Part shown: piece after piece, positions 20,481-33,435 of the stretch
Position numbering within the stretch: position 1 is the stretch's first letter
How the letters are laid out: each line of letters opens with the position of its first letter
NCBI GenBank assembly: GCA_964611355.1
Contig: CAZSYD010000014.1
Span: forward strand, 1-54,204
Direction: 5' to 3'
DNA: 54,204 nt
DNA from: an uncultured Ignavibacteriales bacterium
GTDB taxonomy: Bacteria > Zixibacteria > MSB-5A5 > GN15 > JAAZOE01
The notes under the pieces: model-generated
The model's database searches: none
The model's input: only the letters and a program-made list of their open reading frames with translations
What the model was told of the DNA's origin: nothing
Made by a program: the position numbers and the translations under genes

Positions 20481-21041
20481 CTAAGCGTGTCGGGCCGGGC
20501 TATTAAGCATTTCGCCCAGTTTTTCAACAAAATCCGCCACCATGCCTTCGCCTATACCCTCAAGATAAAGGCCGAAAACTGATTCATTGACCGAGGCCAG
20601 AGACAGAAGTCCCATTCTAACTCCCTCGAACACCAGCGGCACAATCAAAACCGAACGAGCGCCGGAGGAAAGAAGAATCTTTTTTTCGATGATATTGCCG
20701 GAGATATGTTCCGGGTAATTATCGGAGACGGGATACCCCTGCATCAGAACCTGATACATGGTTGATCTTTTGACAGAGAAATTAAGCGCCAGACCGGCTT
20801 TCAGCGACCTGTTTTCGTATATATGGGTTACCCGCAAACGTCCGGTTGTGCCATCATAGAAGGAAAGAGAAGCTTTGTCAATGGCATAGAATCTGCCGAG
20901 CCGGTTGATGAGCTTGCTGAATAGAGCGCCAAGCTCCCTGCTTCCCGACAGCCCGGCGCTTGGATTTATCGTATCCGCCCCGGCGAACGAGTCCGGAGTC
21001 CGGTCCGGACCGTCGTAATCATTAAATATATTATCAGACAT
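20481..21041 (-). CDS. Stand-alone GAF-domain protein
   Basis: GARSVLIVPLVFEGVRMGLLSLAS is a typical GAF C-terminal strand pattern. Confidence 0.7.
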   Translation of the reverse strand: MSDNIFNDYDGPDRTPDSFAGADTINPSAGLSGSRELGALFSKLINRLGRFYAIDKASLSFYDGTTGRLRVTHIYENRSLKAGLALNFSVKRSTMYQVLMQGYPVSDNYPEHISGNIIEKKILLSSGARSVLIVPLVFEGVRMGLLSLASVNESVFGLYLEGIGEGMVADFVEKLGEMLNSPARHA

Positions 21042-21063
21042 CGTTTCCCCCTTTAACTCCTGT

Positions 21064-22437
21064 CTATGGCCCTTGCCCGACCGCCGCCGGCTGTTTTAGA
21101 TTAAACCTCTTTACCTTTCGCCAAAGGGTGGTTCGCCCGATGCCCAACTGATTGGCGGTCAGAGAATAATTCCAGTTGTTTTCCTCCAGCATCTTCAGGA
21201 TTTGCTGCTTCTGGTTTTCAATAAGCGATCTTCCGCGTGGCGGCGGTGAAGACAGCCGCGGTTTGATTTCCCTGGGCGAGATAAATACTATATCCTCGTA
21301 CCTGATCTGCTCGCCTCCCGATAGCGCCACTGCCCGTCTTAACGTATTCTCCAACTCACGCACGTTGCCCCGCCATTCATGCTTTAGAAGAATCTCCAGG
21401 CTGTCCGCCGAGAGAGACACGATGGGACGGTCGTATTCCTTCTGAATCCGGCGCAGGAAGTACTCAATCAGGACGGGAATATCCTCGGGCCGTTCGCGCA
21501 AGGGCGGAATATGAATCGGCATGACATTCAGCCGATAGAATAAGTCTTCCCGAAATTCACCCGCTCTGACCTTCCGGGATAGGTTCGCATTGGTGGCGGC
21601 TATGACGCGCATGTCAATGGCCCGGGTAGTGTTGCCGCCGATGGGACGAATTTCCCTCTCCTGTAAGACCCTGAGTAGCTTGGCCTGAATTGAGTATGGC
21701 AGGTCGGCCACTTCATCCAGGAAAAGCGTGCCGCGGTCGGCTTCCTCGCACAGCCCTCGCTTGTTGGTCACGGCCGATGTAAAAGCCCCTCGGACATGTC
21801 CGAAAAGCTCCGACTCCAAAAGGCTTTCCGGGATGGCGGAGCAGTTAATCGGGATAAACTGTTTATCCCGCCGCCGTGAATGATGGTGAATCACCTTGGC
21901 CAGCAACTCCTTGCCGGTTCCCGACTCGCCGGTTATCAGCACGGCGATATCGGTGTCGGCTATGCGGCCGACGATCTTTTTTAAATCGTCGATAGCCTTG
22001 GAATTACCGATTATATTATCAAACCCAAACCTGTTGGCCACCTCCTGTCGCAGGTACCTAACCTCATTTCGCAGGTCGATCCGTTCCAGCGCCCGGTTTA
22101 CCTTAAACAGAAGCTCTTCGTTCTTGAAAGGCTTGGTGATGTAGTCGGCGGCGCCGTTTTGAATGGCCTCAACAGCAGACTGCACCGAAGCAAAAGCTGT
22201 CATGATGATAACTTCAGTCTCGGGGTGAAGCCGTTTGCTGACTTCCAGAATCTTCAGTCCAGAGCCGGTATCCAATCGCAGGTCTGTCAGGATCAGATCA
22301 TAAATAGTCGTTTCGAGACGGGATGCGGCTTCTTTATATTCTCCGGCTTCCGTAATCTCATAACCATCCTTGATAAGCAATCTTGACAGGGTTTTTCGCA
22401 GAGCAATATCATCGTCAATTATAAGAATCGAAGACAT
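21064..22437 (-). CDS. Sigma54-dependent response regulator
   Basis: Receiver domain, GESGTGKE, GAFTSA, FLDEVAD, WRGNVREL, HTH LGIGRTTLWRK. Confidence 0.95.
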   Translation of the reverse strand: MSSILIIDDDIALRKTLSRLLIKDGYEITEAGEYKEAASRLETTIYDLILTDLRLDTGSGLKILEVSKRLHPETEVIIMTAFASVQSAVEAIQNGAADYITKPFKNEELLFKVNRALERIDLRNEVRYLRQEVANRFGFDNIIGNSKAIDDLKKIVGRIADTDIAVLITGESGTGKELLAKVIHHHSRRRDKQFIPINCSAIPESLLESELFGHVRGAFTSAVTNKRGLCEEADRGTLFLDEVADLPYSIQAKLLRVLQEREIRPIGGNTTRAIDMRVIAATNANLSRKVRAGEFREDLFYRLNVMPIHIPPLRERPEDIPVLIEYFLRRIQKEYDRPIVSLSADSLEILLKHEWRGNVRELENTLRRAVALSGGEQIRYEDIVFISPREIKPRLSSPPPRGRSLIENQKQQILKMLEENNWNYSLTANQLGIGRTTLWRKVKRFNLKQPAAVGQGP

Positions 22438-22445
22438 CCTGGTGA

Positions 22446-23162
22446 TTACTCCTCATATTGGCTTATTAAGGAGAATTTTAAAGCAACTTTGGCGCCCCCC
22501 TCCTCACGGGAAGCGATAGTGATAACGCCGTTATTGGCCCGGGCCATCCTCTCAGCAATGGCCAGTCCCAAGCCGGTTGTACCGGGACGCGAGGTGGTAA
22601 ACGGTCTGAAAATGTTTTCAAAAAGCCCGGGAGGAAACCCGTCCCCGGTATCGGCCACGCTGACTATAATCGCTTTATTTGTGGCGCTGGTTTTGAGCCT
22701 GACGGCGCCGTCTTGTTTGATACTCTGAAAGGCGTTACGAATAATATTTGACAGGATTAATCTGACCTGAGACGGATCGCATTCGATTTCGGGGAGTGTT
22801 TCGTCCAATTCCGTTTCAAAGCGGATATTCTCGAACTCGGCGGCAACCTCTCGCAATTCGGCGCTACAAAGGCCATTAAGGTCAACCTTTTCTTTCCGAG
22901 AAGCTCCGGGACAGGCAAACTGCGTGAAACGGTTGAGGATATCCTCAATTCGGTCGGCGGCCTTGAGAACCGCCTGCAGATACGGCTTTTCCTCATCGCT
23001 CAATTTATCGGCTGCCACGTTTTCCAATTGGCTTGCAGCCGTAGTTATCACGCTCAGGGGATTACGCAGCTTGTGCGTTAATCTTTCGGCTAATTCGGCT
23101 AATTGCGGCCGCGACTGATTGCCCGCGTGGACCGGCTGTTCCGGAACAACCTCGGCTTTCAT
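22446..23162 (-). CDS. Cytoplasmic histidine kinase core with no sensor domain
   Basis: H-box THKLRNPL within the first 35 aa, NIIRNA, DTGDG, FRPFTTS, GTTGLGL. No TM segment. Confidence 0.82.
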   Translation of the reverse strand: MKAEVVPEQPVHAGNQSRPQLAELAERLTHKLRNPLSVITTAASQLENVAADKLSDEEKPYLQAVLKAADRIEDILNRFTQFACPGASRKEKVDLNGLCSAELREVAAEFENIRFETELDETLPEIECDPSQVRLILSNIIRNAFQSIKQDGAVRLKTSATNKAIIVSVADTGDGFPPGLFENIFRPFTTSRPGTTGLGLAIAERMARANNGVITIASREEGGAKVALKFSLISQYEE

Positions 23163-23371
23163 CCGGCTTGATGTCCGTCTGTTTCAAACTGCAACATAAT
23201 GTCTATATCGGAGCAATTTTGAAACAGTTAACGCTTCCCGTCGTTTTTGGCTATCTCCCTTTTTGGCTTTATTCTGAAATATAGCGGTGTCCAAAGATGG
23301 AATCGGACATACTCAGGCGGTTTAATCCTGATTTTACTTGACAGAAAAATTCATTTTTAATAGATAAACAT

Positions 23372-23652
23372 ATGCCTGTTCCGAGAGAGGCAATTGCCCA
23401 TATCGCCGAACTTGCCCGGTTGAAGCTTACGCCTGCCGAACTCGACAGATACTCGACGGAACTGGTTCGGGTCGTTGAGTTTTTTGATTGTTTGGCCGCG
23501 GTTGATACTGAAGGAATCGAGGTTAGTACCCCGTTTATCAAGGGCCGCCACGTCTTTCGCGACGATGAAATCCGCCCGTCTCTGCCGGTTGAAGAGGTAT
23601 TAAGAAATGCACCTGAAACAAAGGATAACTACTTTATTGTACCGCGAGTGAT

Positions 23653-23656
<4 letters not shown>
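23372..23656 (+). CDS. gatC: Asp/Glu-tRNA amidotransferase subunit C
   Basis: IAHIAELARL, VDTEGIE, FRDDE, NAP..YFIVPRVI. Confidence 0.92.
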
Positions 23657-26080
<2,424 letters not shown>

Positions 26081-26205
26081 TTGTATAAGGATAATCTCAA
26101 AGATTAGACCGCATTTGCCGTCGGATGAGGGCGATCGCAGACCACGAGCAATAGGGCTACAGATTTCGGCGCTGACGGTAATTTAAAGCGCGAAATAGAG
26201 TATTC

Positions 26206-26943
26206 CTAAGATTCCATATTTCCGCTGTTAAACCTTATAAGTCTTTCCCAATTTATTTCACCGTTATCACAAAAATCTCTTATAAATTCGGATGTAAACA
26301 GATTTATTACCTTGCTTTTTTGTCTGATAAAATTCTGGTTTTGCTGTCTCGCCCTATGACCCAGCGGTTTTATTATATCCACATATAAATTTTTGTCATC
26401 ACTTATAAGATGCCAGAAACTTTGCCCCATTACCTTCATGTAACCCTTAATGAAGCTGGTTCTTGATTTGCCATAGCAAATACCCAGTACCGGTTGAATA
26501 TTGGTCGAGGAGTCATGTTGCTTTAAGACTTTGACCGCCTTTTCGAAATCAATTTTCAATTTGCCGTATTGCGAACTGTTTCCCCAGTTTGGCCCGGATT
26601 TTATGGAGACAAGATAACGAATGGAATCCTTCTGAAAATCAAGATCTATTCCGGTTGTTGATGACTTTTGGCCGTTGTAGGTTCTCCCTGCAATGAAAAT
26701 CGCCAGTTCTTCAAGGAAATCGCCGAAGATTTTTTCTTCTGACGACGAAAGATGCGCTTCCAGAAAGCTCGATATAAGTTCAGACGCCGTCGTAATGTTC
26801 TTGGCTTTGAACAGATATGGATTTTTGCGCTTCAAAATATCTTTTAGCTTGAGTTTCTCCAAAGACTTTATTCTGATGGAATGGAACGTTCCTATATTAT
26901 CATTCACGAATTTCCTGACATCGGCAAGATCGAGGCCGCTCAT
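26206..26943 (-). CDS. Type II restriction endonuclease (EcoO109I/PmeII-like)
   Basis: KRKNPYLF, SSEEKIFGDFLE, GIDLDF..LVSIKSGPNWGNSSQ (PD-(D/E)XK-like). Coupled to a methyltransferase. AT-rich. Confidence 0.75.
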   Translation of the reverse strand: MSGLDLADVRKFVNDNIGTFHSIRIKSLEKLKLKDILKRKNPYLFKAKNITTASELISSFLEAHLSSSEEKIFGDFLEELAIFIAGRTYNGQKSSTTGIDLDFQKDSIRYLVSIKSGPNWGNSSQYGKLKIDFEKAVKVLKQHDSSTNIQPVLGICYGKSRTSFIKGYMKVMGQSFWHLISDDKNLYVDIIKPLGHRARQQNQNFIRQKSKVINLFTSEFIRDFCDNGEINWERLIRFNSGNMES

Positions 26944-27606
26944 AGAATAGACTCCTGCCGGGCAATTCCACGCAGGGAATTGTCAGCCATCTCACAATAC
27001 TCACGCAATATTTCAATCCCGATGTAGTCCCGACCCAGCTTCTTGGCGGCCACAGCCGTCGTTCCCGACCCGATGAACGGATCAAGCACTATATCGCCTT
27101 TGGAGGTAAACAGTTTTATAAACCATTCCGGCAGAGCCCCTGGAAAAGTGGCGCTATGATTCTTATTGGAACATTCCGTCGCCAGATGCAAGACATTTGT
27201 TGGATAGGCCATTTTTCGTCCCACCCACCGGGAAACGTTTTTTCCGAAACCGCTATTGACTTTTGATTCATCCCTTATTTTATCGATATCACTCAAATTC
27301 CTTAGTCGAGTCTCCGCCCAGTCACCCATCGGAACCATCACGCTTTCTTGAAACATCTTAAACTTTTTTTTCTTATTAAACTGCAAACATCTTTCCCAGG
27401 CATCTCGAAACCTGTTTGGCCATTTTCCAGGATAACAATTCTTCTTGTGCCATACATATTCCTCCGTCCAAAGCCAGCCTTGTTCTCTTAAAGCGAGAAT
27501 CAANNNNNNNNNNNNNNNNNNNNNNNNNNNNNNNNNNNNNNNNNNNNNNNNNNNNNNNNNNNNNNNNNNNNNNNNNNNNNNNNNNNNNNNNNNNNNNNNN
27601 NNNCAT
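26940..27606 (-). CDS. N4-C/N6-A DNA methyltransferase (beta class), interrupted by an assembly gap
   Basis: HSATFP..LPEWFIK, motif I VLDPFIGSGTT, YIGIE at the C-terminus. The catalytic N-terminal part falls in the N-run. ATG at 27606 directly borders the gap, so the start is uncertain. Confidence 0.85.
27504..27603. other. Assembly gap (100 N placeholder)
   Basis: Run of N characters. Confidence 0.99.
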
Positions 27607-27674
27607 AATGCTAAATATATCGAAATTCTGCTACTTTTAACAATCACATTTCCGGTTCAAGTGTCTGTTTGACC

Positions 27675-30173
27675 CTAATTCTGCGACTCTTCGACTAAAG
27701 CCGCATAATTTTTTATTATCCGATTGACGGTTTCTTCCGATTCGGCTTCGGCGAGGACTTCGAATGACGCCCGCAGGCGATCCGGCGCGACCAGTACCCA
27801 GCCGCCGTTTTCGAACACCCGCACGCCGTCGATAAGCTGCCGGTTTTTGTCCTCGGTCGAATTGATGAGCGTCCGCATGACCTTACCCTTTTTGCTCCAG
27901 GGGCATGGAATCGAAACCGTTTTACGAATATAACCGGAGAACCGAGTGCGCAAATCACAGAGCCTGACATCGGTTTTGGTCATCATCTCCAGAAGATGAA
28001 CGAGAGCATACATGGCATCAGCGCCGATTTGGAAGTTGGGGAAGATAAAGCCGCCGCGGGTGCCGCCGACGAAATCGGCAGCGCCGTGGATATGCGCATC
28101 CATCATCGCAAGGTGGTCGTTGCGCACGCGCACAACTTCAACGCCGAATTCGTTGGCGATTTTTTCCACGCCCATCGAGGCCGAAACCGGCACGGCAATC
28201 CGGCGGGCCTTGTGCGTCCGCAGATAAAGATCGGTCACCATCAACAGCAACAATTGGTTGCCGATCACATGACCCTTTTCATCAATAACGATCATTTTTT
28301 CGGCGGCCGGATTGATCACAATCCCAAGATTAGCCGAGAGTGAAGTCACAATGGTGGCCAGTTGGTTTACCTGCGAATTATAATGGCTGGAATGACCGGC
28401 CGCTCGAGCCGGATTGGGATAGGCATTGACGCTTAAGACATCGATATCAAGAGCCGATGTAATCTCCGGGAAAAACTGGCCGGCCGACCCGTAAGCATAG
28501 TCAATAACTATCCGGAAACCGGCGTCGCGCACCAGATCCTCGTTAATTGTCTCAAGAAAATCCTCTTTATAAATATCAAAGAGCCGATTTTCCTGCTCCA
28601 GGTGCCCGGTTTCAGCCATCGACGAACGGGGGAAATCCTCGTTGATAAACGAACGCTCAACTTTTCGCGACTTGGCGGTCGGCAGGTCCAGGCCGTTGCT
28701 GTCGAAAAAGATCATATCGATCATGTTATAGTCGGCGGGGTTGTGACGGATATAGATTCCGGCCGCATAGTTGCCGGTTTTCAGGGCGCGGCGCATAACG
28801 GGCGTCGGCAGGATTTCGAGGTCGTCGACATCAACACCGGTGGCCATTAATCCGCACATAATCGACCGCTTCAGGAGACGGGTGGCATCAGAAGCGTCGC
28901 GGCTGGCAATGATACGCTGTTTCTTACCCAGCGAAGCGCCGAAAGCCGCCCCCAATTTGACTGCCATTTCAGGGGTTATTTCGGTAAGACCCAGACCGGA
29001 CACTTTCGAATCGGTAAAAAGCTCCCGATTCCATTTTTCGCCCCAGACGATAGAGGAGGAGACCACGGCACCGTCATCAACCACTTTACCCGGCCAGATT
29101 TTGCAGTTGGCCCGAATGGTGGCGCCGTTTCCGATCCGGCAGTCATCGGCAATAATCGCTCGGTCGAGTACCGACACCTCGCGACCGATATGCACACGGC
29201 TGGTGACTATCGAGGAATAAATCGATGATAACGGCTGCACTACCGTGTCGCCCCAGATAACGGAACTGGAAACCTCCGCTTCGGGACCGATCTTTACGCC
29301 GGCCCCAATGATGGAATTGGCCAGCTTGGAGCCCTTGCCGATCCGGCAACTGTTCCCCAGCATGACGGTACCGTTAAAAACAACGTCTTCGGCAATCTCG
29401 ACGTTTTTACCCCTATATATTACCGCGCCGTTGCGTTCGATTCGTTCCGACTTAAAGTCGAGCCTGACGTTACCTTCCAGGATATCCCGGTGAGCGTTAA
29501 CGTACTCGTCGATATTGCCGACGTCGCGCCAGTAACCGTCGGCGATCTTTCCCAGAAGCTTCATTCTCTTCTGCAGCATAACCGGATAAAGGTTCTTGGA
29601 GAAATCGAAATTAGTTTTGGGAGGAATCAGCCGGACCGTTTCCGGCTCCAGGATATAGACGCCGGTGTTGATGGTATCCGAAAACATTTCCCCCCACGAT
29701 GGTTTTTCGAGGAACCTAGTAATACGGTTCTCGGCGTCGGTGATAACGATGCCGTAGGCCAGCGGATTATCCATGCGGGTCAGCAAAATTGTGGCATCGC
29801 CATTATTTTCCTTGTGGAAACGAAAGGCGGTTGAAAGATCGAAATCGGTCAGAAGATCGCCCGATATTACCAGAACCGTCTCATCGCAAAAGTCGGCGGC
29901 ATACCTGACTGCTCCGGCCGTGCCGTAATCCTGATCAGGCAGAAGATATTCCATCTTTACGCCGAATTTCCTGCCGTCCTTGAAATGGTTCCTGATTATA
30001 TCGGATTGAAAAAATAAAAGGGAAACGATCTCGTCAAAGCCGTGTCTTTTTAGAAGACTGACGACGTGTTCCATCATCGGCAGGTTGCCGATCGGAACCA
30101 TCGGCTTGGGGATGTTTATCGTCAACGGCCGCAGACGGGTACCGAACCCTCCTGCCATGATTATCGCTTTCAC
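27675..30173 (-). CDS. Sugar-phosphate (mannose-1-P guanylyltransferase-like) nucleotidyltransferase fused to hexapeptide repeats and a degenerate PGM/PMM domain
   Basis: KAIIMAGGFGTRLRPLT..PKPM, FLEKP, YWRDVGN, left-handed beta-helix repeats, then a phosphohexomutase fold (DGVRV..WVLVAP). Confidence 0.9.
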   Translation of the reverse strand: MKAIIMAGGFGTRLRPLTINIPKPMVPIGNLPMMEHVVSLLKRHGFDEIVSLLFFQSDIIRNHFKDGRKFGVKMEYLLPDQDYGTAGAVRYAADFCDETVLVISGDLLTDFDLSTAFRFHKENNGDATILLTRMDNPLAYGIVITDAENRITRFLEKPSWGEMFSDTINTGVYILEPETVRLIPPKTNFDFSKNLYPVMLQKRMKLLGKIADGYWRDVGNIDEYVNAHRDILEGNVRLDFKSERIERNGAVIYRGKNVEIAEDVVFNGTVMLGNSCRIGKGSKLANSIIGAGVKIGPEAEVSSSVIWGDTVVQPLSSIYSSIVTSRVHIGREVSVLDRAIIADDCRIGNGATIRANCKIWPGKVVDDGAVVSSSIVWGEKWNRELFTDSKVSGLGLTEITPEMAVKLGAAFGASLGKKQRIIASRDASDATRLLKRSIMCGLMATGVDVDDLEILPTPVMRRALKTGNYAAGIYIRHNPADYNMIDMIFFDSNGLDLPTAKSRKVERSFINEDFPRSSMAETGHLEQENRLFDIYKEDFLETINEDLVRDAGFRIVIDYAYGSAGQFFPEITSALDIDVLSVNAYPNPARAAGHSSHYNSQVNQLATIVTSLSANLGIVINPAAEKMIVIDEKGHVIGNQLLLLMVTDLYLRTHKARRIAVPVSASMGVEKIANEFGVEVVRVRNDHLAMMDAHIHGAADFVGGTRGGFIFPNFQIGADAMYALVHLLEMMTKTDVRLCDLRTRFSGYIRKTVSIPCPWSKKGKVMRTLINSTEDKNRQLIDGVRVFENGGWVLVAPDRLRASFEVLAEAESEETVNRIIKNYAALVEESQN

Positions 30174-30205
30174 TACACTATCCTCCCGAGGGGTAGTTTA
30201 TGGAT

Positions 30206-30877
30206 TTATTTAGCCAGTAGGTCCTTTAATGTCTCGGTAATTCCGGCAAAATCGTCAAAAAGGTAACAGCCAATTCCGCTTTGCCGGCAGTATTCCGCCA
30301 GAAAACCCTTGGCGAAAATCAGGTCGGCTTCCGGCAAAGCACACAAATCGGATTTGCCGTCGCCTATATATACGGCCTTGTATCTCGGTTCGCGAAGCCG
30401 CCTGATGTGATACCCCTTGCAGTTGGCGCAATGACCGCAGCTTTCATCATAATACGGCCAGGTAAAACTCAAACGGCCGCCGTTCAATTTTGCCCGGTTG
30501 GCAAAAAACGGCAGGCCATCAAAGCCGTTATTTTTCAGCAAACGATTGATGTATATGTCAAGACCGTCTGATAATATATACAAAGGCAGGTCGTTGTCAC
30601 GACTAAAATCGACAAATCGGCTAAAAGAGGGATCGATTTTGAACGAATCGATAAAGGCAAGAAGCTCTTTTTCGGTTACCTGCCGCATCGCCGCCGCTTC
30701 CTCCAGAAGACACTGCCTGGAACCGATCTCTCCGGCCAGCCAGCGAGCTACCGGTTCATCCGACTTCCCATCGGAAAAGTGATGAAAAAGGCGATTCCCG
30801 ACATCTTTGGTCGAAATTGTCCCGTCGAAATCGGAAAACAGTATCAGTCTATCGGCGGTGAGTTTCTTCTCTGTCAT
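30206..30877 (-). CDS. HAD-IB phosphatase (MtnX-like)
   Basis: FSDFDGTI, ILSDG, CGHCANCKG, YIGDGKSD, FAKG. Confidence 0.88.
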   Translation of the reverse strand: MTEKKLTADRLILFSDFDGTISTKDVGNRLFHHFSDGKSDEPVARWLAGEIGSRQCLLEEAAAMRQVTEKELLAFIDSFKIDPSFSRFVDFSRDNDLPLYILSDGLDIYINRLLKNNGFDGLPFFANRAKLNGGRLSFTWPYYDESCGHCANCKGYHIRRLREPRYKAVYIGDGKSDLCALPEADLIFAKGFLAEYCRQSGIGCYLFDDFAGITETLKDLLAK

Positions 30878-31042
30878 GAATCACCGGGACTTTGCAATAA
30901 TTGAGCAACTCGTAAAACCCCCAAACAACGTCCCCCGTTTTTTTATGCCGCTTTCAGGCGCATGATTGTTCAACATAACCGTCGGTTCCAATAAGATCGG
31001 CTACGGCCTAATAATAATCGGTGGTCTCATACGAAGGCGATA

Positions 31043-31741
31043 CTACTTGTCGGCATCCGGTTTGTCTTTATCGCCTTCATTGGACGGAGAAGTATCGACA
31101 AGGCGAACGACCTTTTCAATTACGACCGGCTTAACCGGCACGTTCCTGTATCCCTGGCGGGAGGCGGTCTCCACATTCCTGATCTTGTCAACGACATCCA
31201 TACCGTCCACTACCCGGGCAAAAACGGCATAGGCGGCTCCGTCCCCTGGTTTATCGAGGCTGGGGTTATCTTTCACGTTAATAAAGAATTGGCTGGTGGC
31301 CGAATTGGGCTTACCACCGAGGCGGGCCATAGACAGCGTTCCACGAACGTTTTTCAGCCCGTTCTGCCATTCGTTTTCTATCGGAGCTTCAGTCGGTTTT
31401 TTCTGCATATCACTGGCAAACCCTCCCCCCTGAATGACAAAATGCGGGATGACGCGGTGAAAGATAGTTCCATCGTAGAACTTTTTGTCGATATAATTCA
31501 GGAAATTGGCGCAGGTTACAGGAGCCTTTTCGCGATCAAGTTCGATAACGATATCGCCCAGCGTGGTTTTCATAACAACCCGTACGGGTGACATGTCCTG
31601 CTTTTTATCTTTGTCCTGTCCTTTGAGCTTGGACTCCGGTTCATCCACCTGGGCAACACAGGTAACCGCAAGAATAATTGCGGGAATGAGACAGGCGAGT
31701 GCAATCCTGCTTAGTGACTTGCCGCTCTTTCTTCTTAGCAT
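31043..31741 (-). CDS. Periplasmic cyclophilin-type PPIase
   Basis: APVTCANF, FYDGTIFHRVI..IQGGG, GTLSMAR, SATSQFFIN. Signal peptide. ATG 31741 after GGAGGAGG. Confidence 0.93.
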   Translation of the reverse strand: MLRRKSGKSLSRIALACLIPAIILAVTCVAQVDEPESKLKGQDKDKKQDMSPVRVVMKTTLGDIVIELDREKAPVTCANFLNYIDKKFYDGTIFHRVIPHFVIQGGGFASDMQKKPTEAPIENEWQNGLKNVRGTLSMARLGGKPNSATSQFFINVKDNPSLDKPGDGAAYAVFARVVDGMDVVDKIRNVETASRQGYRNVPVKPVVIEKVVRLVDTSPSNEGDKDKPDADK

Positions 31742-31854
31742 AATTCCTCCTCCTGCAGATAAAGATAGCACGAAATAATTATATCAGACCAACACCCAAA
31801 ATACGAAAATTTCTTGCTGGAATCAATTGTCTTTATGCAGCAATGGATGAAATA

Positions 31855-33435
31855 TCACATCGAATCGGAATCAGACGCCAAAAGCGCACGATAACGTTCG
31901 CTGTCGCTCAATATATCTGTTGCGAGGCGGATTTCAGCCTGCCCCGGAACGAGAACATAGCGATACATTGCCTGGCGGCCGCTTTTTTGCTCCACCGCCA
32001 CCCGGCGGATATAGAATTTAAGTAAATCCGCATGGCGATAAAAAACGTTCCGGTCGGTTACTCGGGAAAGCTCTATCATTTCATCAAGATACCGGACAAC
32101 CTCTTCGGACGCCTGTTCCAGACCATGGCTGACCCGGATCAGGTCCAGCGTTTCGGTCAGCCATGATTGATAGTCGATACCTCGCGAACGGACATACTCC
32201 GCAAACAGATCAACGACCGTATCAGGGTAGTTGAACCGGTCGGGATAATCAGAAAGCAGTTCCCTGTGGCTATCAACAAAATCGTAAATGAGAAACCGGG
32301 AGAAAATCATCTCCCGAAAGGCAGCCTCTTCCTGACGCTTATAAACAATATCAGGCGCCAGACCGGAAAAAGTCAATTCCTTGTTGGGCGGATTGAGATA
32401 CCGGCCGTCGGCGAAATAGTAGCGCGACGTAGTCAGCCGCAGGGCTTCGCCGTTGGGAAGATCGAAAAGGGTCTGCACCAGTCCTTTGCCAAAAGTGGTA
32501 TCGCCGACCGCCACTCCCCGGCCCGCGCCGCGCAATGCGCCGGTGAAAATCTCAGCCGCCGAAGCGCTGCCCTTATCGGTCAGGATCACCACCGGTTTGC
32601 TTGTTAACGGTCGCGAACGGGAAAAATATTTGCGGCTGTCCCAGCGGGATCGGCAGTCGGTCCCGACGATCAATTCACCCTTGTCAAGAAACAGGTCGGC
32701 GGCGGCGATCGCCTCATTCAGATACCCGCCCGGATTGCTCCTGAGATCGATTATGTAACCGAATGGAGACTGCTTTTCCAGATTTTTAACAGCATCTTCC
32801 AGATCATCAGCCGTCCCGGTTTCAAAATCGGCAACCCGGACATAGGCGATCTCTTCATCGGTCATACCATAATACGGGAGATGCTCGAGCTTGATATTGC
32901 TGCGAGTCAACGTGAGCGGAATAGTATCCCTGATAGCTGGCCTGTATATCGTTAATGATATCTTGCTGCCGGAAGGTCCTCTAATCATGCCAACAGCCTT
33001 CGACGGATCGGCCGACGGAACTTTTTCTCCGCCAACGGCGATAATCAGGTCGCCGCTTTTCATGCCGACCGCATAAGCCGGACCGCCTTCGCGCACCGTA
33101 ACCACCATAAGGGCCGTATCCCGCGCAACCACGGTGATGCCAATGCCGCCGTATTCGCCCGATGATTCTTCGAGCAGGTGATTGTATTGATCCTTTTCGA
33201 GACGATACGAGAACGGGTCAAGCTGGTTGAAAAGAGCCTGTTCGGCATAGTCAAAGGCGTCGTGTTCGGAAAACGGCATCGGATAAACCCCCGCGACGGA
33301 CCGTGCGGTAACACTGAAGATAATCATCTCCCGAAGCACCGGATCGCTGCCCAAATACAGCCCAGAAAAAAAGACGGTCAAAAAAATCACCGTCGCCGAA
33401 ACAAAGCCGGTGATGATTTCTTTCTTATCCGGCAC
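31855..33435 (-). CDS. S41A carboxy-terminal processing protease (CtpA/Prc-like)
   Basis: LDPFS, PDZ (GGIGI), IDLRSNPGG, GSASAAEI, TFGKG. Confidence 0.93.
   Translation of the reverse strand: MPDKKEIITGFVSATVIFLTVFFSGLYLGSDPVLREMIIFSVTARSVAGVYPMPFSEHDAFDYAEQALFNQLDPFSYRLEKDQYNHLLEESSGEYGGIGITVVARDTALMVVTVREGGPAYAVGMKSGDLIIAVGGEKVPSADPSKAVGMIRGPSGSKISLTIYRPAIRDTIPLTLTRSNIKLEHLPYYGMTDEEIAYVRVADFETGTADDLEDAVKNLEKQSPFGYIIDLRSNPGGYLNEAIAAADLFLDKGELIVGTDCRSRWDSRKYFSRSRPLTSKPVVILTDKGSASAAEIFTGALRGAGRGVAVGDTTFGKGLVQTLFDLPNGEALRLTTSRYYFADGRYLNPPNKELTFSGLAPDIVYKRQEEAAFREMIFSRFLIYDFVDSHRELLSDYPDRFNYPDTVVDLFAEYVRSRGIDYQSWLTETLDLIRVSHGLEQASEEVVRYLDEMIELSRVTDRNVFYRHADLLKFYIRRVAVEQKSGRQAMYRYVLVPGQAEIRLATDILSDSERYRALLASDSDSM

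Noticed and set aside
26081..26205. Integron attC site flanking the R-M genes
   Set aside because: No properly paired RYYYAAC/GTTRRRY ends were found and there is no integrase.
27607..27647. ORF-track N-terminus MIVKSSRISIYLAL of the methyltransferase
   Set aside because: The frame across a placeholder N-gap is meaningless, and the stretch looks like promoter sequence.
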